Of a stretch of 39,367 nucleotides of DNA, positions 1 to 8,799 are shown one piece after another. The notes under the pieces were generated by a model, which had not been told where the DNA came from, did not search any database, and saw nothing but the letters and a program-made list of their open reading frames with translations. Location of the stretch: the sequence record SRR20825010_1490. One strand, 5' to 3'. The stretch's first letter is position 1; each line of letters begins with the position of its first letter. The position numbers and the translations under genes were made by a program.

Positions 1-97
1 CCTACTTACGAAAGTCCTCGCGGACTTTCTATTTGTGATTTATTTGCTAACTTTATTACTTAACCACGCAGCAAAACGAGCCGAAACCGTTAGCCAC
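1..97 (+). repeat. 3' part of an attC-like cassette-boundary repeat (cut by window edge)
   Basis: Perfect 8-bp hairpin GAAAGTCC-tcgc-GGACTTTC at 10-29. The element ends in a GTT core-like site GTTAGCCAC (89-97) whose exact reverse complement lies at 828-836, just after the next gene pair. Confidence 0.55.
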
Positions 98-141
98 AAG
101 CAAAAAATCCGTAATGAAATTAAATTTACGTAATAATTTAT

Positions 142-149
142 TAAATTTG
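142..149 (+). promoter_or_regulatory. Bacteroidota -7 promoter element of the TA operon, flanked by TACGTAA repeats
   Basis: TAAATTTG matches TAnnTTTG and sits 17 bp before the ATG at 167. TACGTAA occurs at 127-133 and 150-156. Confidence 0.6.
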
Positions 150-166
150 TACGTAAAACAAATGTT

Positions 167-412
167 ATGGATAAAAAATTGACATTGAGTTTAGACAAAG
201 CAATTATCGAAGATGCAAAGAATTATGCTAAATCAAATAATATTAGCTTGTCAAAACTTATCGAATCTTATTTGACAACACTTACTAAACGGAAAAAAAA
301 TTCAACCGAAATCACACCTCTTGTTGAAAGTTTAAGTGGAGTAATTAATCTTGATGAGGATTTTGATGTAAAAGACGCTTATACTGATTACCTAATTGAG
401 AAATACAAATGA
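167..412 (+). CDS. DUF6364-like ribbon-helix-helix antitoxin
   Basis: 81 aa; KLTLSLD..IIE.AK.YA....SLSKLIE.YL RHH-like N-terminus; acidic C-terminus; ATGA overlap with the PIN gene. Confidence 0.8.
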   Translation: MDKKLTLSLDKAIIEDAKNYAKSNNISLSKLIESYLTTLTKRKKNSTEITPLVESLSGVINLDEDFDVKDAYTDYLIEKYK

Positions 413-822
413 GCAGATTACTAATTGACACTAATATTGTTATGGACCTTCTTTCAAAAAGAGAAAAATTCTATGACGAGGCTGCGGATTTATTTTCTCG
501 TGCTGACAAAAAAGAATTGGAACTCACAATTTCATCATTAACCTTTGCGAATACAAATTATATTCTGACAAAACTAAAATCTGCAAAGGAAGCAAGAGAA
601 ATTTTGAGAAAATTTAAAGTACTTGTGGAATTACTAGCTTTAGATGATAAAGTAACAGAATTAGCTTTGAGCGATGACAATTTCCCTGATTTTGAGGATG
701 GACTTCAATATTATTCCGCTATTGAAAACCAAATTGATGTGATAATTACAAGGAATAAAAAAGACTTTAAAAATTCCAAAATTCCTGTATTGACAGCGAA
801 AGAATTTTTAGCTCGCAAATAA
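409..822 (+). CDS. PIN-domain (VapC-like) toxin
   Basis: N-terminal LIDTNIVMD, plus DFEDGLQY and IITRNKKDF motifs typical of PIN toxins. Confidence 0.9.
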   Translation: MSRLLIDTNIVMDLLSKREKFYDEAADLFSRADKKELELTISSLTFANTNYILTKLKSAKEAREILRKFKVLVELLALDDKVTELALSDDNFPDFEDGLQYYSAIENQIDVIITRNKKDFKNSKIPVLTAKEFLARK

Positions 823-836
823 TGCCAGTGGCTAAC

Positions 837-1056
837 ATATTTATGCCCAAAACGCAACGATTTCGGATTGGAAAAAATACTGACTGAAAAAGAGGCTGAA
901 AATTTATGGAAAAAATCTAACCAGAATTTTAACGGATTTACAAAGTTAAAATCAAAAATAATAATGAAATACTTTCCGAAAATATTTGAAAAGAAAATTA
1001 TGGAAAGTGCAAATAGTGAATATAAATCAACACCGAAAGAAAAAACCGTTGCATAA
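837..1056 (+). pseudogene. 5'-truncated gene (cassette) remnant, unknown product
   Basis: The frame is open from 823 to the stop at 1054-1056 with no ATG near its 5' end (only TTG 868). The stop lies inside an inverse-core-like GCATAAC (1051-1057). Confidence 0.4.
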
Positions 1057-1153
1057 CACCGGTAACCGATTGCACAAGTACTTTAAGTTTTCTAAAAACG
1101 AAATAAATTTAAGTCCTTTTGTTTTACAATCTAATCAAGATATTTATTAATTG

Positions 1154-1726
1154 ATGCAAAAGTTACTTCAAGAAATAAGTCAATGTCAAGTTTGTGCGGA
1201 ATACCTTCCGTTAGAGCCAAGGCCTGTTTTAAGGGTTACAAAAAAATCTAAAATTTTAATTATTGGTCAGGCACCAGGATTAAAGGTTCATACAGGTGGG
1301 ATTGATTGGGATGATCAAAGTGGAAAGAAATTAAGAACTTGGCTTGGAGTAGATAACTATACTTTCTATAATTCAGATAATTTTGGAATTCTCCCAATGG
1401 GATTTTGTTACCCTGGAAAAGCAAAAAGCGGAGATTTACCGCCTCGACCAGAATGCAAACCTCAGTGGCATGATAAAGTAGTAAAACAATTGGAATCTGT
1501 AGAACTCACTATTTTGGTGGGACAATATGCTCAAAAAAGTTATTTAAAAGACAGATTTGAAAAGAATCTTACTGAAACAGTAAGAAAATACAATGAATTT
1601 CTACCAGAATTCCTTCCTATTCCACATCCATCTCCTACTAATAGATTTTGGATAGCAAAAAATAAATGGTTTGAAACCGATGTAATACCTATTCTTCAGC
1701 AGAAAGTAAAAGAAATTTTAAAATAA
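1154..1726 (+). CDS. Uracil-DNA glycosylase family protein
   Basis: CxxC N-terminus, IIGQAPG, PMGFCYPG..KSGDLPPRPEC and PHPSP motifs. Confidence 0.9.
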   Translation: MQKLLQEISQCQVCAEYLPLEPRPVLRVTKKSKILIIGQAPGLKVHTGGIDWDDQSGKKLRTWLGVDNYTFYNSDNFGILPMGFCYPGKAKSGDLPPRPECKPQWHDKVVKQLESVELTILVGQYAQKSYLKDRFEKNLTETVRKYNEFLPEFLPIPHPSPTNRFWIAKNKWFETDVIPILQQKVKEILK

Positions 1727-1824
1727 AAAGTACACGAAGTCCTTAAATGAATGTAGTGTCTTCAAAAGAGAATGTGTATTTTTGAAGTCTCCAAGACAAA
1801 TAACTATAACTCATACTTTGGCAA

Positions 1825-1851
1825 TGCCCTTTAGGAAGCTTAGGGCAAGCT
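1825..1851. repeat. Degenerate REP-like palindrome
   Basis: Stem TGCCCT(1825-1830)/AGGGCA(1842-1847). It resembles the widespread CCCTTCGACAAGCTCAGGGCAAGC repeat (recalled, not searched). Confidence 0.35.
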
Positions 1852-1907
1852 TTTGAGAAATTAACTCTTGAAGAAATCCATAAGAAAGTCGAATTAAAAT
1901 AATAAAA

Positions 1908-2333
1908 ATGGGAGCTACAAATACCGTAATTACTACATGGAAAAAGAACATGCAATTTCATTCAACAAATCCAGCAGGCGATTTAATTATTGATGCTAGT
2001 CCTGAAGATGGTGGAAATGGCGATGGACTAAGGCCTAAGGCGTTAATGCTTTCTGCATTGGCAGGATGTTCTGGGTTGGATGTAGCTTCATTAATTAAGA
2101 AAATGAAATTGGAAGTAGACGATTTCAGAATAGATATTATTGCAGAACTTACCGATGAGCATCCTAAATATTATCATAAAGTAAAAGTAGAATATCACTT
2201 TTATGGAGCTGCTTTAGATGAAAAAAAATTACAGAGAGCAGTAGATCTTTCCGTAGAAAAATATTGTGGTGTAATGGAAATGTTTCGTCAATTTGCAGCA
2301 ATGGAAATTGAAACTACGTTTCATTCAGCATAA
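1908..2333 (+). CDS. OsmC/YhfA family protein
   Basis: G.RPKALML.ALAGCSG.DV and LS.EKYCGV two-Cys OsmC motifs. Confidence 0.9.
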   Translation: MGATNTVITTWKKNMQFHSTNPAGDLIIDASPEDGGNGDGLRPKALMLSALAGCSGLDVASLIKKMKLEVDDFRIDIIAELTDEHPKYYHKVKVEYHFYGAALDEKKLQRAVDLSVEKYCGVMEMFRQFAAMEIETTFHSA

Positions 2334-2417
2334 AATATTTTACTAAAATAAACTACCTCATAGTAAACTCTGGAGGCAATAATTATTGATTGTTGAGTAA
2401 AACATATATATTTTTAA

Positions 2418-4109
2418 ATGACTCGTTGGACTGTAAAAGCATCACATAATAAAGAAGCTATTAACTCACTTTCAGAAACATTGGGAGTGGATACTGTTAT
2501 TGCTAGTTTACTTTTACAAAGAGAAATTACAAATTATGAAGAGGCAAAAAAGTTTTTTCGCCCTTCTTTGAGTCATTTACACGATCCTTTTTTGATGAAG
2601 GATATGGAAAAAGCGGTATCTAGAATTGAAAAGGCAATTGCCGAAGGAGAGAATATTTTAGTGTATGGAGATTATGATGTGGATGGAACTACGGCAGTTT
2701 CTTTGATGTCGTCTTACCTTTTAGAAGCATATCCAAATGTGGCAACATATATTCCAGATAGGTATAATGAAGGATATGGTGTTTCTTATCAAGGAATTGA
2801 TTTTGCAGATGATAATGGCTTTACCTTAATTATAGCACTAGATTGTGGCATTAAAGCTGTAGATAAAGTAGCTTATGCCAAAGAAAAAGGAATCGATTTT
2901 ATAATTTGCGATCACCATAGACCAGGTGATGTAATTCCAGATGCGGTAGCTATTTTAGACCCTAAACAAGACGATTGTAACTATCCATACGACGAACTTT
3001 GTGGTTGTGGAGTTGGGTTTAAATTAATCCAGGCTTTGGGTACAAAAGCTGGAAAAACAATCCTTGATTTTATTCCGTATTTAGATTTGGTGGCTACTGC
3101 TATTGGTGCCGATATTGTGCCTATAACTGGAGAAAATAGAGTGCTGGCTTATTTTGGGTTGAAGGTTATAAATGACAATCCCAGAGCTGGAATTAAAGCA
3201 ATTATCTCCAAACACCTTAAAAAGAGATTAACTATTACCGATGTTGTTTTTGTAATAGCTCCTCGGATAAATGCAGCTGGAAGAATGAAACATGGGTTGC
3301 ATGCAGTGCAACTTTTAACAGAGAAAGATTTTGAAACAGCGCAAAGTTTTGCTGAAGAAATAGATATTTTTAATTCGGATAGAAAAAGCTTAGATAAAGA
3401 AATAACGAAAGAAGCGCTTCAGCAAATTATAGATAATAAAGAAGAAGATAAATTTACTTCGGTAGTTTATAATGAAGGTTGGCATAAAGGTGTTATCGGA
3501 ATTGTAGCTTCAAGACTTATAGAAACTCATTATAGACCTACTTTAGTATTTACAAAAAGTGGCGAAAAACTTGCTGCTTCAGCCCGTTCGGTAAAAGGTT
3601 TTGATGTTTATAATGCTATTGAAGCTTGTGAAGATTGTTTGGAGCAATTTGGAGGACACAAATATGCGGCAGGACTTACTTTAAAGCCGCAGCAATATGA
3701 AGCTTTTAAAACAAAGTTTGAGAAAGTAGTTTCGGAAACTATTGACACAAAACTTTTAACTCCTGAAATTATTATTGATAGTGAGCTTAATTTAGACCAA
3801 ATTACACCTAAGTTTTATCGTATTTTAAAACAATTTGCTCCATTTGGCCCAGGGAATTTATCGCCAGTGTTTCTTACCCAAAATTTAAAAGATACAGGAT
3901 ATAGCAAATGTGTGGGACAAGATGATGCACATTTAAAAATAAGCGTATCTCAAAATGGAAGTCCTTCTATTAATGGAATTGGTTTTAATCTTGGAGATAA
4001 AATAGCAAGGATTAAAAACCAACAAACATTTTCTGCTGTGTATGCTATTGATGAAAACGAATGGAATGGAAATATTTCCCTTCAACTTAAATTAAAAGAC
4101 ATCAAATAA
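2418..4109 (+). CDS. recJ: ssDNA-specific exonuclease RecJ
   Basis: YGDYDVDG, DCG, DHH, PRINAAGR, GVIGIVASRL, SARS and FGGH..AAG motifs. Confidence 0.97.
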   Translation: MTRWTVKASHNKEAINSLSETLGVDTVIASLLLQREITNYEEAKKFFRPSLSHLHDPFLMKDMEKAVSRIEKAIAEGENILVYGDYDVDGTTAVSLMSSYLLEAYPNVATYIPDRYNEGYGVSYQGIDFADDNGFTLIIALDCGIKAVDKVAYAKEKGIDFIICDHHRPGDVIPDAVAILDPKQDDCNYPYDELCGCGVGFKLIQALGTKAGKTILDFIPYLDLVATAIGADIVPITGENRVLAYFGLKVINDNPRAGIKAIISKHLKKRLTITDVVFVIAPRINAAGRMKHGLHAVQLLTEKDFETAQSFAEEIDIFNSDRKSLDKEITKEALQQIIDNKEEDKFTSVVYNEGWHKGVIGIVASRLIETHYRPTLVFTKSGEKLAASARSVKGFDVYNAIEACEDCLEQFGGHKYAAGLTLKPQQYEAFKTKFEKVVSETIDTKLLTPEIIIDSELNLDQITPKFYRILKQFAPFGPGNLSPVFLTQNLKDTGYSKCVGQDDAHLKISVSQNGSPSINGIGFNLGDKIARIKNQQTFSAVYAIDENEWNGNISLQLKLKDIK

Positions 4110-4362
4110 GAGCAATCTAATTTTATCTTTTTCTGCTTATCATTTAACTTCAATTTATAGTATTTTACATATTTCAGTATTAGTTTTAAAAGAAGAAATA
4201 GGATTTGCATAATTACGATTAAATTCTATATCTTTAGAAGAAGTTATGTTTATAATTGTAAGGAATTGATAGTTACTTCGACTATTATTAAGTATCAAAT
4301 AAGTCGAGATACCAAAATTTCATTAAGAACATTTTTAACCAATAAAGAAAGGACACTACAGT

Positions 4363-4821
4363 ATGTTAACTTGGAAAGACGTTATTAATTTTTCTGTAAA
4401 AGGGAATCCAAAGCCAGACAGGCGTGTTGAAAAAACAGAGGCAGAATGGAAAGAAATACTCACACCAGAACAATATAGAATAACACGTTTAAAAGGCACG
4501 GAAATGGCACATTCGGGTGCTTTATGTTCTATTTATGATGCTGGACAGTATAATTGTGTATGTTGTGATACACCTTTGTTTGATTCTACCATAAAATACG
4601 ATTCGAGTTCTGGATGGCCAAGTTTTACACAACCAATAAAAGAGAATGCTATTAAATATATAAAAGATAGCTCCTTTGGAATGGTACGTGTAGAAGTTTT
4701 GTGTAATACTTGCGATGCGCATCAGGGACATGTTTTTCCAGATGGTCCAGAACCAAGTGGATTACGATATTGTATAAATTCAGCATCAATTAAATTAGAA
4801 AGGAAAGAAAATGACAACTAA
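4363..4821 (+). CDS. msrB: Peptide-methionine (R)-S-oxide reductase
   Basis: GTE, CxxC...CxxC Zn ligands, GWPSF, GHVFPDGP and RYCINS motifs. Confidence 0.97.
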   Translation: MLTWKDVINFSVKGNPKPDRRVEKTEAEWKEILTPEQYRITRLKGTEMAHSGALCSIYDAGQYNCVCCDTPLFDSTIKYDSSSGWPSFTQPIKENAIKYIKDSSFGMVRVEVLCNTCDAHQGHVFPDGPEPSGLRYCINSASIKLERKENDN

Positions 4822-5362
4822 AAAATTAGAATTAGCAACAATAGGTGGCGGATGTTTTTGGTGTATTGAAGCAGTTTTTCAAGAAGTTGCAGGGGTAGAA
4901 AAAGTTGTTTCTGGTTATACAGGGGGTAATGCTCCTGGAAAACCTACTTACCGGGAGGTATGTTCTGGACTTACAGGGCATGCGGAGGTAATACAGATAA
5001 GCTTTGACCCACAAGTTATTTCTTATGATGATTTGTTAGTTATTTTTATGACAAGTCATGATCCAACAACCATGAATCGTCAAGGAGCAGATGTTGGTTC
5101 TCAATACCGTTCGGTTATTTATTATCATAATGAGGAACAAAAGAAAATTGCCGAAGAAGTAGCAAAGCAAATAGCACCTTATTATGAAGATGAGATTGTT
5201 ACAGAAATTAGTCCGATAGGAGCGTTTTTTGAAGCGGAGGAGTATCATCAAGATTACTATAAAAATAATCAAACACAAGGTTATTGCAGTGCTGTAATAA
5301 CTCCAAAATTGGCAAAACTACGTAAAATGCATGCCGATAAATTAAAAAAGGCGGCTTCGTAA
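4811..5362 (+). CDS. msrA: Peptide-methionine (S)-S-oxide reductase
   Basis: GGGCFWC, PTY.EVC...TGHAE, RQG.D.G.QYRS and AEEYHQDYY motifs. Confidence 0.97.
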   Translation: MTTKKLELATIGGGCFWCIEAVFQEVAGVEKVVSGYTGGNAPGKPTYREVCSGLTGHAEVIQISFDPQVISYDDLLVIFMTSHDPTTMNRQGADVGSQYRSVIYYHNEEQKKIAEEVAKQIAPYYEDEIVTEISPIGAFFEAEEYHQDYYKNNQTQGYCSAVITPKLAKLRKMHADKLKKAAS

Positions 5363-5430
5363 TTTTTAGTACTAATACCTCATAAGCTTATTTTATATTG
5401 AGGGAATTTACTTAGATTATTTAACATTTT

Positions 5431-5465
5431 AAGCACCTAAGAGTTTATCTTTTAGGTGCTTTTTA
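5431..5465 (+). terminator. Intrinsic terminator after msrBA
   Basis: Stem AAGCACCTAA(5431-5440)/TTAGGTGCTT(5452-5461) followed by a T-run. Confidence 0.7.
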
Positions 5466-5508
5466 TTCCAAATAAGTGTAATCATTTTAAAAAGAAAGGG
5501 AATGAATA

Positions 5509-6000
5509 ATGAGCAATCAAAATGAAGACAAAACAATATTTAATGCTCCAGCATTTGATGTAAATTTATGGATAGATGCTGATGGAAATAAAACAAATCC
5601 CATTGAGTTGTCCGATTTTCAAGGAAAATTCAAAGTAATATATTGTTTTCAAAGTTGGTGTCCAGGCTGTCATAGTCAGGGACTTCCAGCCTTACAGAAA
5701 ATGGTAGAAGCATTAAAAAACAAGGATGAGGTAGAATTTTTAGCCATTCAAACCGTTTTTGAAGGACATGATGCTAATACTTTTGAAAAAATGGTAGAAA
5801 CGCAGGCTAAATACAATTTAAAGATTCCTTTTGGACATGATCCTGGAGATGAGACTACAGGAAATCGTTCTAAAATCCTAACTAATTACCAAACGGGGGG
5901 AACACCTTGGTTTATTTTTATTGATAAGCATGATAAGGTAGTTTTTGCAGACTTTCATTTAAATGTGGAGAATGCGATTGAATTTTTAAAAACAGTTTAA
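5509..6000 (+). CDS. Thioredoxin-fold redoxin (AhpC/TSA/TlpA-like)
   Basis: FQSWCPGCH active site, QTVFEG and GTPW cis-Pro motif. Confidence 0.85.
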   Translation: MSNQNEDKTIFNAPAFDVNLWIDADGNKTNPIELSDFQGKFKVIYCFQSWCPGCHSQGLPALQKMVEALKNKDEVEFLAIQTVFEGHDANTFEKMVETQAKYNLKIPFGHDPGDETTGNRSKILTNYQTGGTPWFIFIDKHDKVVFADFHLNVENAIEFLKTV

Positions 6001-6536
6001 TGAAAAAAAATATTCCTATAATTAAATTATACGGAGCAGAAGGTTGTCATAAAACGCGCTACTACCAATTATTGTTGGAAGCGCGTGGACTTCCTTTTCA
6101 ATTTTTGGATGTAGAAAAAAATGAAGATTATGCTGAGGAACTAAGAAGTTTGTATGAATCTGGGAAATTAAATTTTCCAACAATTACAATTGGATCAAAA
6201 AAGTTGAGAAACCCTAATAAAGAGGAACTCAATAAATGGATTAATAAGCTAATACCGTCAATTTTGGATGTACAACATGATAAAGTAAATAATGCGTATC
6301 TTTTAGCTATTAATGAGGAAATAGCAAAAGTTGAATATCAACTTAAAAATGGTAAAATGTATTTAATTCATTCTGAAGTTCCGATACAATTAAGAGGTAG
6401 AGGAATAGGAAAAGAATTGGTAGAAAAAACATTTGAAAAATTAACTAAAGAAGGTTATAAAGCAGTTGCCGTTTGTTCTTATGTTAAAGCTGTAGCTAAG
6501 AGAAGTGATAAATGGAAAGAAATAATAGAATTTTAA
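6000..6536 (+). CDS. Glutaredoxin-like domain fused to YjdJ-type GNAT domain
   Basis: N-half has LYG..GCHKT...LDVE...NFPTI (Grx fold). C-half has HSEVP..LRGRGIG..LV and ..CSYV (YjdJ-type GNAT). Confidence 0.75.
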   Translation: MKKNIPIIKLYGAEGCHKTRYYQLLLEARGLPFQFLDVEKNEDYAEELRSLYESGKLNFPTITIGSKKLRNPNKEELNKWINKLIPSILDVQHDKVNNAYLLAINEEIAKVEYQLKNGKMYLIHSEVPIQLRGRGIGKELVEKTFEKLTKEGYKAVAVCSYVKAVAKRSDKWKEIIEF

Positions 6537-6540
6537 AAAA

Positions 6541-8112
6541 GTGAATACTATACAACTAAACATACAAGATACTTTTAATAAAGAACTCCCAGCAGACCCT
6601 ATTTTAGAAAATTCAAGAAGGCAAGTTAAAGAGGCTTTCTTTTCATATGTTACTCCCAAAAAAACGACAGCGCCAGCGTTACTCCATGTGTCGGATGCTA
6701 TGTTGCAAGCGCTTGGGATATCTGAGGAGGAAAAAAAATCGGATGCTTTTTTAAAAATTTTTACTGGAAATGAGGTGTTGGATAACACCAAGCCTTATGC
6801 TATGTGCTATGGCGGACATCAATTTGGGAATTGGGCAGGACAACTTGGAGATGGTCGCGCTATTAACCTTGGAGAAGTAGTTCACAATAATAAGCGGTGG
6901 GCAATCCAATTAAAAGGGGCTGGAGAAACGCCATATTCTAGGTCTGCTGACGGACTTGCAGTATTGCGTTCTTCAATTCGAGAATATTTGTGTAGCGAAG
7001 CAATGTTTCATTTAGGAGTTCCAACAACAAGAGCCTTGTCTCTTGCGCTTACTGGAGATGAGGTATTAAGAGATGTGCTTTATAATGGAAATCCAGCTTA
7101 TGAAAAAGGGGCTGTAGTTTGTAGGGTTGCACCTTCATTTATACGATTCGGGAATTTTGAAATTTTTGCAGCAAGGGGAGATCATGAGAGTTTAAAAAAG
7201 CTAGCCGACTATACCATAAAACATTTTTATCCGTATTTAGGTACTCCTTCAAAAGAGGTTTATATTCAGTTTTTTAAAGAAGTAGCAATCCAAACTTTAG
7301 AAACGGTTTTGCATTGGCAACGAGTTGGCTTTGTACACGGAGTTCTTAATACAGATAATATGTCTATTCTAGGTCTTACCATAGATTATGGGCCTTATGG
7401 TTGGCTTGAAGGATTTGATTTTGGATGGACGCCCAATACAACAGATGCTACTAATAAAAGATACCGTTTTGGAAATCAACCAAATATTGGACTTTGGAAT
7501 TTGTATCAGTTGGCAAATGCTATTTATCCGTTAATTGATGAAGTAGAAGGGTTAGAAAAAATACTAAACGACTATAAGGTAGATTTTGAAGAAAAGTCAT
7601 TAGACATGATGCGAAGTAAGCTTGGATTAGAGCAAAAGGAGGAGGAAGATTCTCGTTTAATTCTTCAATTAGAAGAAAATTTAGAATTATCAGAAACAGA
7701 CATGACGATTTTTTTCAGAAATTTGAGTAAATTTACGAAAGAAAAAAATGGGTGTGGGGTAGACATAGTAAAAGAGGCTTTTTATTCTTCGGAAGAAATT
7801 CAAGGAGAAATTCTTGAAAAATGGAACACTTGGTTTACTTTTTATAGAAACCGATTGAAAAAAGAGCGCTTATCTGATGAAGCTAGAAAAGAGAAAATGA
7901 ATAATGTAAACCCTAAATATGTATTGAGAAATTATATGGCTCAACTAGCAATAGAGAGTGCCGATAAAGGCAATTATTCTTTGATAGAAGAGTTATATCA
8001 ATTACTAAAAAAACCGTATGATGAACAACCAGACAATGAGAAATGGTTTGTTAAACGCCCTGAATGGGCACGCCATAAAGTAGGTTGTTCCATGTTATCG
8101 TGTAGTTCTTAA
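6541..8112 (+). CDS. selO: Protein adenylyltransferase SelO/YdiU
   Basis: YGGHQFG...QLGDGRA, QLKGAG.TPYSR.ADG.AVLRSS.RE, HGVLNTDN, IDYGPYG, NPKY.LRNY and C-terminal CSMLSCSS. GTG start. Confidence 0.95.
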   Translation: MNTIQLNIQDTFNKELPADPILENSRRQVKEAFFSYVTPKKTTAPALLHVSDAMLQALGISEEEKKSDAFLKIFTGNEVLDNTKPYAMCYGGHQFGNWAGQLGDGRAINLGEVVHNNKRWAIQLKGAGETPYSRSADGLAVLRSSIREYLCSEAMFHLGVPTTRALSLALTGDEVLRDVLYNGNPAYEKGAVVCRVAPSFIRFGNFEIFAARGDHESLKKLADYTIKHFYPYLGTPSKEVYIQFFKEVAIQTLETVLHWQRVGFVHGVLNTDNMSILGLTIDYGPYGWLEGFDFGWTPNTTDATNKRYRFGNQPNIGLWNLYQLANAIYPLIDEVEGLEKILNDYKVDFEEKSLDMMRSKLGLEQKEEEDSRLILQLEENLELSETDMTIFFRNLSKFTKEKNGCGVDIVKEAFYSSEEIQGEILEKWNTWFTFYRNRLKKERLSDEARKEKMNNVNPKYVLRNYMAQLAIESADKGNYSLIEELYQLLKKPYDEQPDNEKWFVKRPEWARHKVGCSMLSCSS

Positions 8113-8126
8113 CCAAAAATAAAAAA

Positions 8127-8531
8127 ATGAAAACAACCGTATTAACACTATTACTAATAGTTATGACCAATGCTGAAGGAATTGCTCAAAAAGGAAATCA
8201 ATGGGTAGATAAAGTATATAGTATTAGAGGGAATTGGAGCGTTCAGAAAGAAAATAAAGAGATGTACTTTGTACTTGGAGGGGATTTTTACACCTTGGCT
8301 GGTCCAGATTTGAAGTTATATCTCTCTCAAAAAGAGATGAGTGAAATTAACAACAGAGATGCTATCGACAAAGAAGGAGGCGTTTATGTTGCAAGCTTAA
8401 AGTCGAATAAAGGGGCGCAGAAGTATAAATTTCCGCCAGAAGTAAATATAGCAGACTATAAATCTTTGGTAATACATTGTCAAAAATTTTCAGTTGTTTG
8501 GGGAGGTATTGATTTAATGGATGAAGAGTGA
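8127..8531 (+). CDS. DM13 domain protein, secreted
   Basis: Signal peptide; GPDL.LYLS, LK...G.Q.Y and VIHC..F.V.WG motifs. Confidence 0.8.
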   Translation: MKTTVLTLLLIVMTNAEGIAQKGNQWVDKVYSIRGNWSVQKENKEMYFVLGGDFYTLAGPDLKLYLSQKEMSEINNRDAIDKEGGVYVASLKSNKGAQKYKFPPEVNIADYKSLVIHCQKFSVVWGGIDLMDEE

Positions 8532-8773
8532 TACTTGAAAAAATAAAAAATTTACCTCTTGGTTATTCTGAAGTTGAATATCAACAGAAAAAATATGGAG
8601 TAACTAGAGCCGATTTTAATGATGGTAAAAGCATTAAAATCTATGCTAAAGAGCTTGGAGGAAATGATTTTATTAGTTTGAATTACTATATAACAAGTAA
8701 ATCTGAAAATTTAAAACCTTGTGAAATGCCTGAACAAAAAGTGATTCATTTTTTAAATAATTATAAAGGGTAA
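8528..8773 (+). CDS. Small conserved protein with LKPCEMP motif (Msr-cluster associated)
   Basis: 81 aa; GTGA overlap with the DM13 gene; ELGG.DFISLNYY and LKPCEMP..KV motifs. Confidence 0.7.
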   Translation: MILEKIKNLPLGYSEVEYQQKKYGVTRADFNDGKSIKIYAKELGGNDFISLNYYITSKSENLKPCEMPEQKVIHFLNNYKG

Positions 8774-8799
8774 AAATTAAAAAAACAATAATAATTAAA

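Noticed and set aside
1061-1074. GGTAACCGATTGCA resembles the PUL operator (2 mismatches on the reverse strand)
   Set aside because: It lies in the putative cassette-end sequence before an unrelated UDG gene and is most likely coincidental.
1743-1961. 72-aa minus-strand ORF
   Set aside because: It overlaps osmC in antisense, and its ACPKLPKG segment is just the translated REP-like palindrome.
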